The position numbers and the translations under genes are program-made. Shown here in pieces: positions 53,191 through 61,887 of a stretch of 64,000 bases of DNA; the stretch's first letter is position 1, and each line of letters starts with the position of its first letter. This DNA is from Gammaproteobacteria bacterium (GTDB lineage: Bacteria; Pseudomonadota; Gammaproteobacteria; Steroidobacterales; PWYM01), in contig RECU01000091.1 of the NCBI GenBank assembly GCA_007693855.1, forward strand, positions 1,955-65,954. Reading direction: 5' to 3'. The notes beneath the pieces are model-generated. The model ran no database searches, was not told the DNA's origin, and saw only the letters and a program-made list of their open reading frames with translations.

Positions 53191-53428
53191 CCGGCGCGGC
53201 AAGTCCCTGCCTCGAGGCCAGCTGGCTGCGCCCCATCGAGGCGCGGGATCTGGTCCGCCTGCTGCGTCAGTACACGATGACCCTGGGGATCGCCAGTCCG
53301 GCGATGGTGGCCGGCCTGGCCGGGGCGACGGCAGGTACTTGGCGGCACCGTCCATATCCAGGTCGCATACTTCGCGGAGGACGGCCCCCGCGATCGAACG
53401 GTGCTCGCTCACGCCCAGGCTCGGCCGC

Positions 53429-54421
53429 TCAAGACTCCCCTGGTTGCGCCATGACGCCTTTGATCAGCGCCAGCACGCGTTCGGGGCGCGCATGCGCCAC
53501 CATATGGCCGACGCCTGGCAATCGCTCGATGCTCACCATCGGCACGTTCTGCAATGCGCCGAGGTGGACCTCGGGCTCGAGGATGGCGTCCTCCTTGCCA
53601 TAGATCACGCGGACCGGCACCCCGAGCTGCGCGTAGCGCGACCGATAGTGTTCCAGGCCAGCGTTGAGCGCCAGCAGGTCGCCGATGGTGGACAGGATCT
53701 GTCCCGGGCGACGGGCCAGCAGGCCACCATCGGTGGTCGCAAAATCCTCTGGCACAGGCTGCGGCTGGAATACCCTGGCCAGCGTGTCGTCGGCGAAGTG
53801 CCGTGATGCCGGCACGGCGATGGTCCAGGCCAGCAGCTGCTGGAACCAGCGGCGCTCGAGCATCGGACTGTCCAGCGGAGCCTCCAGTTCGACCGGTGTC
53901 GTTGCCGGTGCCAGCAGCACCAGGCGAGAGACCGTGCGCGGATGATCCAGCGCCAGTGCCAGGGCGACCGCCCCGCCCAGCGAGTGCCCGACGACGATCG
54001 CCGATTCTATGTCGAGCTGATCGAGCAGCGTGGCGATGACGCTGGCCTGGTCGGCAAGTGCCCTTGAGCGCGCAGGCGGACGGCTACTGTATCCCGAGCC
54101 TGGTCGATCGATGGCGATGACGCGATGACTGTGGGCAAGTTCGTCGGCGATGGGGCTGAAGTTCCGGCTGCTGCCGCCCAGCCCGTGAATCAGCACCACC
54201 ACCGGGCCGCGCCCCTGGTCGACGTAGTGCATCCGCGCGCCCTCGACGTCGATGAAGATCCCGGGCGGCGGCAGCTGTCGCGCGACGTCTCTCATCGTCA
54301 CTACGGTATATGCGCTCAGTACGCCCAGCAGGACGAGCAGCGCCACGCCGCCCAGGACCACGCACTGCCGGATCGCCCTCATGCCGGTCGAGAAAGCGCC
54401 GGCACTGTCATCGACTGCCAT
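53429..54421 (-). CDS. alpha/beta hydrolase with N-terminal TM anchor
   Basis: 330 aa. VVLIHGLGGSSRNF and VVGHSLGGAVAL nucleophile elbow; C-terminal GVGHMV. Confidence 0.8.
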   Translation of the reverse strand: MAVDDSAGAFSTGMRAIRQCVVLGGVALLVLLGVLSAYTVVTMRDVARQLPPPGIFIDVEGARMHYVDQGRGPVVVLIHGLGGSSRNFSPIADELAHSHRVIAIDRPGSGYSSRPPARSRALADQASVIATLLDQLDIESAIVVGHSLGGAVALALALDHPRTVSRLVLLAPATTPVELEAPLDSPMLERRWFQQLLAWTIAVPASRHFADDTLARVFQPQPVPEDFATTDGGLLARRPGQILSTIGDLLALNAGLEHYRSRYAQLGVPVRVIYGKEDAILEPEVHLGALQNVPMVSIERLPGVGHMVAHARPERVLALIKGVMAQPGES

Positions 54422-54457
54422 GGTTCAGTCCCGAACCCGGTGAGTCCGACCGCCCGC

Positions 54458-55345
54458 TTAGTGATCCCGCAGGTCGTCCAGGTCGATCTCGCCTTCCAGC
54501 AGCTTCCGGAAGAATGTCCAGCTGGTCTCGGAGGGCTCTGACCAGGCCTCGGGCGCACTCAGGTATTGCGGATGGTGACGCTCGATGTAGTCGTGAATAT
54601 GCGCTGGCAGCCCCGCGACGCTGTCCAGCTTGACGCCCCGGCCGTGATAGACCAGCCAGCCCGGGTGGTCGGCCATCTCCATCCACGGCAGCCACGGTCC
54701 TATCCGGCTCCAGGACACCGTCGACGGGGCCGAGGCCAGCGCCGGGTTTTCCAGGTCGGACCGCCGCACGAAGTGGTTGAACAGTTCCATGGCCTCGTAC
54801 CACTCGCCACTGGAATGCCGCGGGTGATCCTGCGGTGACAGCGGGTTCGGATAGCGCAGCGGGATCTCGCGATAGAACATCACCTCGTCGCCGGATTCCA
54901 TGACACCGATGCCCCAGCCGCCGCCCTGGCCGTCGATCACGTGCCGGCGGTTCACCGGATCGTTCAAGACCGGAATCACCCGGACCCGCTCGCCGGTCCA
55001 GGGATTGTCCCAGTGCGCCAGCACCTCGCCGGTCTCGCGGTCGGTATACAGGGCGATTTCACGCTGGATGCGCTGCCAGCCGCCCTCGATGCGTTCGTAG
55101 CGCTTCACGCCGATGACCTCGAGGTCGAACAGTGCCTGGCCGCGGCTGCCCGGTACGAACGCATAGACCGTGCTCTGCGCATAGATGACCACCTCCTCGC
55201 CGTCGAGACTGCCGGTGGTCTTGACGAATGCATCGAGCAGTTGCCGCTGATCGCTGAGATCGACGGGCTCGGCCAGGCTGGCGCCAGTGCCAAGGGTCAG
55301 AACGAGTGCCAGCGCGCCGTGGCGGACGAGATCAAGGGTCTTCAT
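54458..55345 (-). CDS. secreted DUF1838-like protein
   Basis: In ORF 54458..55426. ATG at 55345 gives MKTLDLVRHGALALVLTLGTGASLA (signal peptide). Family name recalled from sequence style only. Confidence 0.6.
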   Translation of the reverse strand: MKTLDLVRHGALALVLTLGTGASLAEPVDLSDQRQLLDAFVKTTGSLDGEEVVIYAQSTVYAFVPGSRGQALFDLEVIGVKRYERIEGGWQRIQREIALYTDRETGEVLAHWDNPWTGERVRVIPVLNDPVNRRHVIDGQGGGWGIGVMESGDEVMFYREIPLRYPNPLSPQDHPRHSSGEWYEAMELFNHFVRRSDLENPALASAPSTVSWSRIGPWLPWMEMADHPGWLVYHGRGVKLDSVAGLPAHIHDYIERHHPQYLSAPEAWSEPSETSWTFFRKLLEGEIDLDDLRDH

Positions 55346-56807
55346 GGTTCGGTGCTCCTCGCGAGTTGGCTGCGTCTGCCGCGACCGCTGCCGGAGGGTC
55401 GGCGGGCGTCGCGGTGGTGTTGCCATTATGGGTCATCTGCAGCGCCGTCAGCGCCGCGCGCTGTAACTTGCCCATGGCGTTGCGGGGCAGGGCCGGCACC
55501 CGCGTGAACTCGCGCGGACGCCAGCTGCCTGGCAGCGCCGCCCGCGCCCATGCGGCCAGCTGCTCTGGCGCGGCCGGCCCGGTATACAGCGCCACCAGCA
55601 CGTGCCCCCAGCGGGCATCCGGCCGACCGGTGATCGCCACCTCGCCGGCCTCGGGACACTGCGCGAAGCGCGCCTCGATGCCCTCCGGATGCACGTTGAC
55701 CCCGCCGGTGACGATCACATCGTCAGCACGCCCGAGGATGCGCAGCTGGCCGTCCGGGAGCCACTCGCCCGTATCGCCGGTCACGACGCGGCCGTGATCA
55801 TCGAGGCCTGTGCCCGGCACCAGGCCCGGATGGGCATACCCGGACATCAGCATCGGCCCGCCGATCCGCAGCCGCGCATCGGCGCCCGACTGAGCCACTG
55901 TCACGCCCGGCAGCGGGTGTCCGACCACGCCGGGGGTCCAGTGCTCGTCCACCGGTCCGGCGGCGACATGCGAGGCGCTTTCGGTCATGCCCCAGCCCTG
56001 CCACAGTGGCCAGCCAAGGCCGCGGATACGCACCGCCTGGACGGTCGACAACGGCCCGCCCCCGCTCAGCAGGCAGCGCAGGCCGCGCGGGGGGGCGACG
56101 TCCGCCACGGCGGCGACGGCATCGAGCATCGCCGGCACCAGCGACACGTGGCTCGCCCCTTCGGCCATCAGTACCCGTACCGCCCGGGCGTCAAAGCCAT
56201 GCTCGAGCACCGCCAGGCTGCCACCTCTGGAATACACCCGCCACATCGCCGCCAGCGCACCGATGCTGGTCATCGGCAGGCAGACCAGCCAGCGGTCTAC
56301 GGCGGTGAACTCGGGCAGCCGGCGGCTGCTGGCGGCCACATGGGCATCCAGGGCGGCGGCCGTGAGCATGGCAATCCGCGCCTGGCCGCCCGTGCCGCTG
56401 GTGGGGGCCAGCAGGGCAGGGGCGTTGGCGCGCAGGAGAGGCTTGTTCGCCTGCGGCCAGGCTGCCGGCGTCTCGATACCCCCCACAACTGCCAGCCCGG
56501 CGGAGGGCAGGGCCTGCGGTAAATTGACGTCCGCGTCCGCCAGCGCGCCGGCCGGCGGGCAGGCAGCGAGCAGGGTCGCCAGATCAGTTCGGGTCGGATC
56601 GAGCGGCAGCGCGGGCCGGCCGAGCGCGAGTGCTGCGAGCACGCCGATGGCCATGCGTGGCCGGGACGCCGAGACGATGGCGAGCGGGCGATCGTCCTCG
56701 GGCGCAAGCGCCGCGGCGCGCGCCGCGAGCACACCGATCTCGTGACGGAGACTGGCGGCAGTGCGACCTCCGCCCGGCCACGCCAGCGCCCACTGGTCCG
56801 GCGGCAT
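55332..56807 (-). CDS. menE: o-succinylbenzoate-CoA ligase
   Basis: C-terminal 490 aa of ORF 55332..57413. AMP-binding motifs LLAPTSGTGGQARIAML, GWGMTE, TGDTGEW and the terminal ...PRNAMGKLQR. The start is uncertain (ATG 56807, GTG 56870 or ATG 56924). The upstream 160-200 codons of the ORF are antisense to the DUF2058 gene. Confidence 0.8.
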   Translation of the reverse strand: MPPDQWALAWPGGGRTAASLRHEIGVLAARAAALAPEDDRPLAIVSASRPRMAIGVLAALALGRPALPLDPTRTDLATLLAACPPAGALADADVNLPQALPSAGLAVVGGIETPAAWPQANKPLLRANAPALLAPTSGTGGQARIAMLTAAALDAHVAASSRRLPEFTAVDRWLVCLPMTSIGALAAMWRVYSRGGSLAVLEHGFDARAVRVLMAEGASHVSLVPAMLDAVAAVADVAPPRGLRCLLSGGGPLSTVQAVRIRGLGWPLWQGWGMTESASHVAAGPVDEHWTPGVVGHPLPGVTVAQSGADARLRIGGPMLMSGYAHPGLVPGTGLDDHGRVVTGDTGEWLPDGQLRILGRADDVIVTGGVNVHPEGIEARFAQCPEAGEVAITGRPDARWGHVLVALYTGPAAPEQLAAWARAALPGSWRPREFTRVPALPRNAMGKLQRAALTALQMTHNGNTTATPADPPAAVAADAANSRGAPNHEDP

Positions 56808-56957
56808 GTTCGCCAGTCCGGCGATAGGGCCGGCGAGGTGGGCGGCGGTCTGTGGGCTTGATGACGACACCCGGCCATTATGAAACACCCGCGACTGCGA
56901 CGGTGTCAGATGCGGGGTTACCATAGGCGTCTTGCCGAACCATTCGCGGAGCCCGTC

Positions 56958-57494
56958 ATGCCCACGTCCCTGCAGGAACAGCTGCTCAAGGCCGGTCTGG
57001 TGAAGAAGGACCAGGTCCAGAAGACCGCCCGCCAGCAGGCGAAAAAGCGCAAGGGCCGCGCCGCGCCGGACGGGGCCGAGGCCAAGGCGGCTGCCGCGAA
57101 GCGTCGCGCCGAGCAGGCCGCGCGCGATCGCGCCCTGGCGGCCGAACGCAATGCCGCCGCCAAGGCCAGGGAGCGCCGTGACCAGGCCCGCCAGTTGATC
57201 GAGGCGCACCGCATCGCCCGTACTGGCGAGCTCGAGTACGCCTTCCCCGACGGGGGCCGGGTCAAGCGTCTCCTGGTCGATGCCCAGCAGCGCGCGCAGC
57301 TCGCCAGTGGCGCCCTGGTGATCGTGCGTCTGGGCAGAGGCTATGAGCTGCTGCCGCAGGCCGCCGCGGCACGGCTGCGCGAACGCGATGCCGCGCTGAT
57401 CGTGGTCGACCATGCCCAGGGGGGCGACGCCGCCGCCTCGTCGACCGTGCCCGGCTACGAGGGGTTCGAGGTGCCGGACGATCTGGTCTGGTAG
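56958..57494 (+). CDS. DUF2058 (YaiL-like) protein
   Basis: In ORF 56880..57494. ATG at 56958 gives MPTSLQEQLLKAGLVKKDQV, a Lys/Ala/Arg-rich middle and a ...VPDDLVW end. Confidence 0.7.
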   Translation: MPTSLQEQLLKAGLVKKDQVQKTARQQAKKRKGRAAPDGAEAKAAAAKRRAEQAARDRALAAERNAAAKARERRDQARQLIEAHRIARTGELEYAFPDGGRVKRLLVDAQQRAQLASGALVIVRLGRGYELLPQAAAARLRERDAALIVVDHAQGGDAAASSTVPGYEGFEVPDDLVW

Positions 57495-57501
57495 CGGTCG
57501 T

Positions 57502-58998
57502 ATGGACCTCGTGTTCGGCGCCAGTGGCTATATCGGCGGTCAGCTCGTCCCGCGACTGGTGGCGGCCGGGCGGTCGGTTCGCGCGGCGGCGCGCAATCCC
57601 GCCGCTTTCGCCGAGCGACCGGGTTGGGAGGGCGTCGAGACCATCGCTGCCGATGCGCTGGCTCCGGAGAGTCTGCCCGCCGCGCTTGCCGGTATCGACG
57701 TCGCCTACTACCTGGTGCATTCGATGGGTGCCGGACGCGAGTTCGGCAAGCTCGATCTCGAGTGCGCCGAAAACTTCGCCGCGGCCGCCGCCGCCGCAGG
57801 TGTGCGGCGCATCGTTTATCTCGGCGGCCTGGTGCCGGAAGAGGCGCGCTCCGAACATCTGCGCTCCCGGGCGCAGACCGGCGAGCGCCTGCGTGCCGGC
57901 GGCGTGCCGGTCACGGAGATCCGTGCAGGCATCATCGTCGGCCCGGGCTCAGCAGCCTTCGAGGTCATCCGCGACCTGGTGAACGTGTTGCCGGTCATGC
58001 TCACTCCGCGCTGGGTGCGTGCGCGCACGCCACCGATCGCGCTCGACAATCTGCTGGAATACCTCCTGCGGGTGCCGGAGCACGCGGAGACCGCGGGCGG
58101 TGTCTATGACGTCGCCGGTCCGGAGGAGCTCAGCTATGCTGATCTCATGAGGGGCTATGGCGAGCTCGTCGGCCGCCGGCCGTGGATCATCCCCGTGCCC
58201 GTACTCACCCCCACGCTGTCATCCTACTGGCTCGGTCTGGTGACGGCCGTGCCGACGCCCGTCGCCCGGGCCCTGATCGAGGGACTCTCGCATGACATCA
58301 CCGCTCACCCCGAGGCACTGCGTGAGCTCATCCCGCAGCCGCTGCTGGATTACCGGGAGGCCGTCGCCGCGGCGCTCGAGGCAGAGCGCCGGCACGCCGT
58401 CCCCTCCCGCTGGACTGAAGGTGCCCTGATGTATCGCGACTATCGGCAGGACTACGCGTTCTACGCCAAGCGCGCGTCGGGCAGCGCCGTGGCCCGCGCG
58501 CCGGCGTGGGCGGTGTGGCAGGTGGTCACGGCGATCGGGGGCAAGAACCGCTACTACGCGCTGGACCTGCTCTGGACGTTGCGCGAACTGGCCGACTGGT
58601 TCGTGGGCGGTCCAGGCCTGAGTCGCGGGCGGCGTGATCCCCAGGCCCTGCGCGTGGGCGACACCATCGATTCCTGGGAGGTGATCGGGCTCGAGCCCGA
58701 GCGTCGGCTGACGCTGCGGTTTGGCATGAAGGCCCCGGGGGCCGGCGTGCTGGAGTTCGAGCTGGTGCCGGTCAAGGAAGGCACGCGGGTGACCGCCACC
58801 GCCTACTGGCATCCGCACGGGGCCCTGGGCCTGATGTACTGGTATCCGCTGGTGCCCTTCCACGGGCTGATCTTCAGCCGCATGACCGAGGCCATTGCCC
58901 ACCATGCCGAGACCGCGGCCCACCAGGCACCGGCAGCACACGCACAGCCCGGTGCGGAGGATGAGCCGCCGCCTGCGGTGGACCGATCGGATGGCTGA
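57502..58998 (+). CDS. NAD(P)-binding SDR/NmrA-like domain fused to a DUF2867-like domain
   Basis: In ORF 57412..58998. ATG at 57502 gives MDLVFGASGYIGGQLVPRLV (Rossmann GxxGxxG). The C-terminal about 170 aa (...WEVIGLEPERRLTLRFGMKAPGAGVLEFEL) is a SRPBCC/DUF2867-style domain. Confidence 0.7.
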   Translation: MDLVFGASGYIGGQLVPRLVAAGRSVRAAARNPAAFAERPGWEGVETIAADALAPESLPAALAGIDVAYYLVHSMGAGREFGKLDLECAENFAAAAAAAGVRRIVYLGGLVPEEARSEHLRSRAQTGERLRAGGVPVTEIRAGIIVGPGSAAFEVIRDLVNVLPVMLTPRWVRARTPPIALDNLLEYLLRVPEHAETAGGVYDVAGPEELSYADLMRGYGELVGRRPWIIPVPVLTPTLSSYWLGLVTAVPTPVARALIEGLSHDITAHPEALRELIPQPLLDYREAVAAALEAERRHAVPSRWTEGALMYRDYRQDYAFYAKRASGSAVARAPAWAVWQVVTAIGGKNRYYALDLLWTLRELADWFVGGPGLSRGRRDPQALRVGDTIDSWEVIGLEPERRLTLRFGMKAPGAGVLEFELVPVKEGTRVTATAYWHPHGALGLMYWYPLVPFHGLIFSRMTEAIAHHAETAAHQAPAAHAQPGAEDEPPPAVDRSDG

Positions 58999-59431
58999 GC
59001 TGCGACGACTCGATATGCGTCGTACCCTGCCGTTTCCGCGGGAGGATGTCTTCGATCTCGTCGCGGATGTCGAGCGCTACCCCGACTACCTGCCGGGCTG
59101 GCAGGCCGCGCGCATCCTCGAGCGCGACGGTACCTCGCTGGTGGTCGAGCAGGAGCTCGGCGGCTTCGGCATCCGGCAGCGCTTCAATACCCGCGCGCAG
59201 CTGGAGCGGCCCACGCTGATCACCATCGAAGGCGACCAGGCGCCGTTTCGCAGTCTGCACCAGACCTGGACCTTCAACGCGTTGGGCGAGCGCAGCACCG
59301 AACTGCGCTTCCAGGTGGAATACGCCCTGCGCGGCCGGCTGTTGAGCCGCCTTGTCGACAGGCTCTGTCAGCATGTCTTTCGCGAAACCATGGAGGCGTT
59401 CGCACAGCGCGCCCGGACCCGACTTCGCTGA
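58991..59431 (+). CDS. SRPBCC (RatA/COQ10-like) family protein
   Basis: In ORF 58895..59431. The ATG at 58991 overlaps the upstream stop. VFDLVADVERYPDYLPGW... START/polyketide-cyclase-like pattern. Confidence 0.7.
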   Translation: MAELRRLDMRRTLPFPREDVFDLVADVERYPDYLPGWQAARILERDGTSLVVEQELGGFGIRQRFNTRAQLERPTLITIEGDQAPFRSLHQTWTFNALGERSTELRFQVEYALRGRLLSRLVDRLCQHVFRETMEAFAQRARTRLR

Positions 59432-59523
59432 GTGGCGCATCCCGAACGGCCTGCCGGGCGTAAAGATGGGATAGGCGAGAAGACGCAACGAACGGACGAG
59501 GGCCGGTGGCCCGGGAGGACGGT

Positions 59524-60456
59524 ATGAAGGTTGCGCTGTTCGGTGGCACCGGCTTTGTCGGCAGCCATCTGGTCGACGGGCTGATCGCCGCCGGGCACAC
59601 GCCACGCCTGCTGGTTCGCCCCGGCAGCGAGGCGCGGGTGACCCGGCGCGATGTCAGCGAGGTGGTGCAGGGCGAGATCGGCTCGGCCGAGGCGGTGGCC
59701 GAGTGCCTGGCCGGCTGCGATGCAGCGATCTACAACATCGGACTGCTGCGGGAGTTCCCGGCCCAGGGGGTCACTTTCGAGGCCATGCACTACGAGGGCT
59801 GCGTGCGCGCAATCGCCGCCGCCCGCGCGGCGGGCGTGCAGCGCTTCCTGCTGATGAGCGCGAATGGCGCGGGCCCGGAGGGGACGCCCTACCAGACCAC
59901 CAAGTATCGCGCCGAGCAGTCTCTGGCCGAGAGCGGGCTGGACTGGACCGTGTTCCGGCCCTCGGTGGTGTTCGGTGATCCGCAAGGCCGGATGGAGTTC
60001 TGCACCCAGCTGCGCGATGAGATGATCGAGATGCCCATTCCCGCGCCGCTGTTCCACGAGGGCCTGCTGCCGCTGCAGGCGGGGCGGTTCCAGCTCTCGC
60101 CGGTGGCGATCGAGGATGTGACCCAGGCCTTCGTGCAGGCGCTGGAGACCCCGGAGAGTATCGGGCAGATCTTCCCGCTTGGCGGCCCCGAGGCACTCGA
60201 GTGGCGCGAGATCATCCGCACCATTGCCGAGGCCTGCGGGCGGCGCAAGCTGATGCTGCCGGCACCCGCCTGGGCGGTGCGGGCGGTGGCCACGCTGCTG
60301 GATGGCCAGCCCTGGTTTCCGATTACCCGGGATCAGCTGGACATGCTGCTGGCCGGCAATGTCTGCGACGGCCGCGAGGCCTGGACGCTGTTCGACATCA
60401 CGCCGCGGCGCTTCGAGACTGCAGCGCTCAGTTACCTGGGGACGCGGCGCGGCTAG
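59524..60456 (+). CDS. NAD-dependent epimerase/dehydratase family SDR (NDUFA9-like)
   Basis: In ORF 59506..60456. GGAGGA precedes the ATG at 59524. MKVALFGGTGFVGSHLV and YQTTKYRAE (YxxxK). Confidence 0.75.
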   Translation: MKVALFGGTGFVGSHLVDGLIAAGHTPRLLVRPGSEARVTRRDVSEVVQGEIGSAEAVAECLAGCDAAIYNIGLLREFPAQGVTFEAMHYEGCVRAIAAARAAGVQRFLLMSANGAGPEGTPYQTTKYRAEQSLAESGLDWTVFRPSVVFGDPQGRMEFCTQLRDEMIEMPIPAPLFHEGLLPLQAGRFQLSPVAIEDVTQAFVQALETPESIGQIFPLGGPEALEWREIIRTIAEACGRRKLMLPAPAWAVRAVATLLDGQPWFPITRDQLDMLLAGNVCDGREAWTLFDITPRRFETAALSYLGTRRG

Positions 60457-60958
60457 CCAGGGCAGACGACGATCGGGAGGCTGCGGACGCGCGACGAAAG
60501 CGCGGCCGCCAGATCGCCAGTACGATGTTGGCGATGCAGGTGACCAGGGTGACCCACAGCATTCCCCATTCGATCGCGCTGGCGCCTTCGATCACCACCT
60601 CGGCGGCGGGGTTGGCCAGCAAGGCCCGTGCGGCGTCGGCTTCGCGCTGTGCCGGTCCGTGGATCCACATCAGGATCGGCTGGAAAATCGACAGCGTCAG
60701 CGCGAATTTAAGCCAGACCCAGGCGAAATTGCCGAAGGCGTTGTGTGCTGCGATCGCCAGCAGCCCCGAGAGCAGCATCAGCGTCAGCGAGGGCAGCAGC
60801 ACCCAGGTGGTGACGCCGGCGATGCCCTCGCGGAGGGCGGCGTAGGCGACAAGCTCCTCGGGAGCCGGCAGGAAGGCCAGCAGCACGAGGTGTACGAGCA
60901 CTGCACCGGTGATGCCGGCGGCGCCGATCGAGTGGAGAATCTTGAGTGTCTTGCGCAT
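60428..60958 (-). CDS. four-TM membrane protein (DUF2269-like)
   Basis: In ORF 60428..61144. ATG at 60958 gives MRKTLKILHSIGAAGITGAVLVHLV.... Family assignment tentative. Confidence 0.5.
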   Translation of the reverse strand: MRKTLKILHSIGAAGITGAVLVHLVLLAFLPAPEELVAYAALREGIAGVTTWVLLPSLTLMLLSGLLAIAAHNAFGNFAWVWLKFALTLSIFQPILMWIHGPAQREADAARALLANPAAEVVIEGASAIEWGMLWVTLVTCIANIVLAIWRPRFRRASAASRSSSALASRAASPGN

Positions 60959-61018
60959 GGTGTTGCGAGCCTCGCATGCTGATTCGCTGGGGGCAATGGT
61001 CTGGATGTCCGGGAAGCG

Positions 61019-61435
61019 GTGATGGTCGAGAGGGTATTCGTGTATGGCAGCCTCCGCCGGGGCGCGCCCGGGGGCATGGCGCGGCTGTTGCGCCCGGGCA
61101 GCCAGCCGTTGGGGGGTGCCCGGCTGCGCGGGCGGCTGTTGCATCTCGGTGCATATCCCGGGCTGTTGCCGGGCGGGTCAGGCTGGGTGCGTGGTGAGTT
61201 GCACCGGTTGACCGATCCGTTGGCTGTGCTCCAGCGCCTCGACCGCTATGAGGGGTGCGCCTCCGCACAGCCGGCGGCCGAGTTCCGCCGCGTCGAACTT
61301 GAGGTGCTCGGCCCGGCTGGCCAGAGACTGACAGCGTGGGTGTACCTCTATACGGGGTGTGTCGGCGGCCGGTCGTCAGTGCCTTCCGGCGACTGGCTCA
61401 GCGCATGCCGGACCGCGGTCGGGCCGCGGCACTAG
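61019..61435 (+). CDS. gamma-glutamylcyclotransferase (AIG2/GGACT-like) family protein
   Basis: 138 aa. VFVYGSLRRG ... LDRYEG ... YxR pattern. Confidence 0.7.
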   Translation: MMVERVFVYGSLRRGAPGGMARLLRPGSQPLGGARLRGRLLHLGAYPGLLPGGSGWVRGELHRLTDPLAVLQRLDRYEGCASAQPAAEFRRVELEVLGPAGQRLTAWVYLYTGCVGGRSSVPSGDWLSACRTAVGPRH

Positions 61436-61878
61436 GGGGGCTCGTCATCGGTGCGGCCGTTCGGGAAGCCGAGACACCTGAGAAACCCCTCGCGATCGGC
61501 CGGAGAGACCAGCAGGCACTGGCCGTTGCCGTAGCGGATTTCCAGGCGATTCAGGGACAGGGCGGGGGCGGCCATCGTCGAGCGGCTGGCGCGCACCGAC
61601 GTGATCTGACGGCGCATGATTCGCCATTGGCAGGGCCCGGAGCGGACTTCCAGTACCGCGCCATCCACGATATAGCGGGTGGTGAGCAGCAGCCAGAGCG
61701 GCAGCCCCAGCCCGAGGCCGGTGGCCAGCAGCGCGACCAGCATCTGCTCTGGATGACCGGTATGCAGCAGGGGCAGCACGCTCACGAAGATGATCGCGCC
61801 ACTGCCGAGGAGGACCAAATAGAACCAGTGATCCACCGCCGAGCGGAAGACGACCGGCTGCAGTGTGACCTGTGGCAC
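61432..61878 (-). CDS. membrane-anchored bacterial PH-domain protein
   Basis: 148 aa. Two TM helices followed by YIVDGAVLEVRSGPCQWRI...LEIRYGNGQCLLVSPADREGFL. Confidence 0.55.
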   Translation of the reverse strand: MPQVTLQPVVFRSAVDHWFYLVLLGSGAIIFVSVLPLLHTGHPEQMLVALLATGLGLGLPLWLLLTTRYIVDGAVLEVRSGPCQWRIMRRQITSVRASRSTMAAPALSLNRLEIRYGNGQCLLVSPADREGFLRCLGFPNGRTDDEPP

Positions 61879-61887
61879 GAGCGCGGT

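Noticed and set aside
52842-53806. ORFs 52842..53348 (-) and 53051..53806 (+) over the intI remnant and the hydrolase 3' end
   Set aside because: They have no motifs. They overlap the IntI-like frame and the well-supported alpha/beta hydrolase. They are considered by-products of pseudogene decay and high GC.
56808-57413. N-terminal about 200 codons of the 693-aa ORF containing menE
   Set aside because: This part is antisense to the DUF2058 gene and unlike any adenylate-forming enzyme N-terminus. The menE core begins near MPPDQWALAWPGG.
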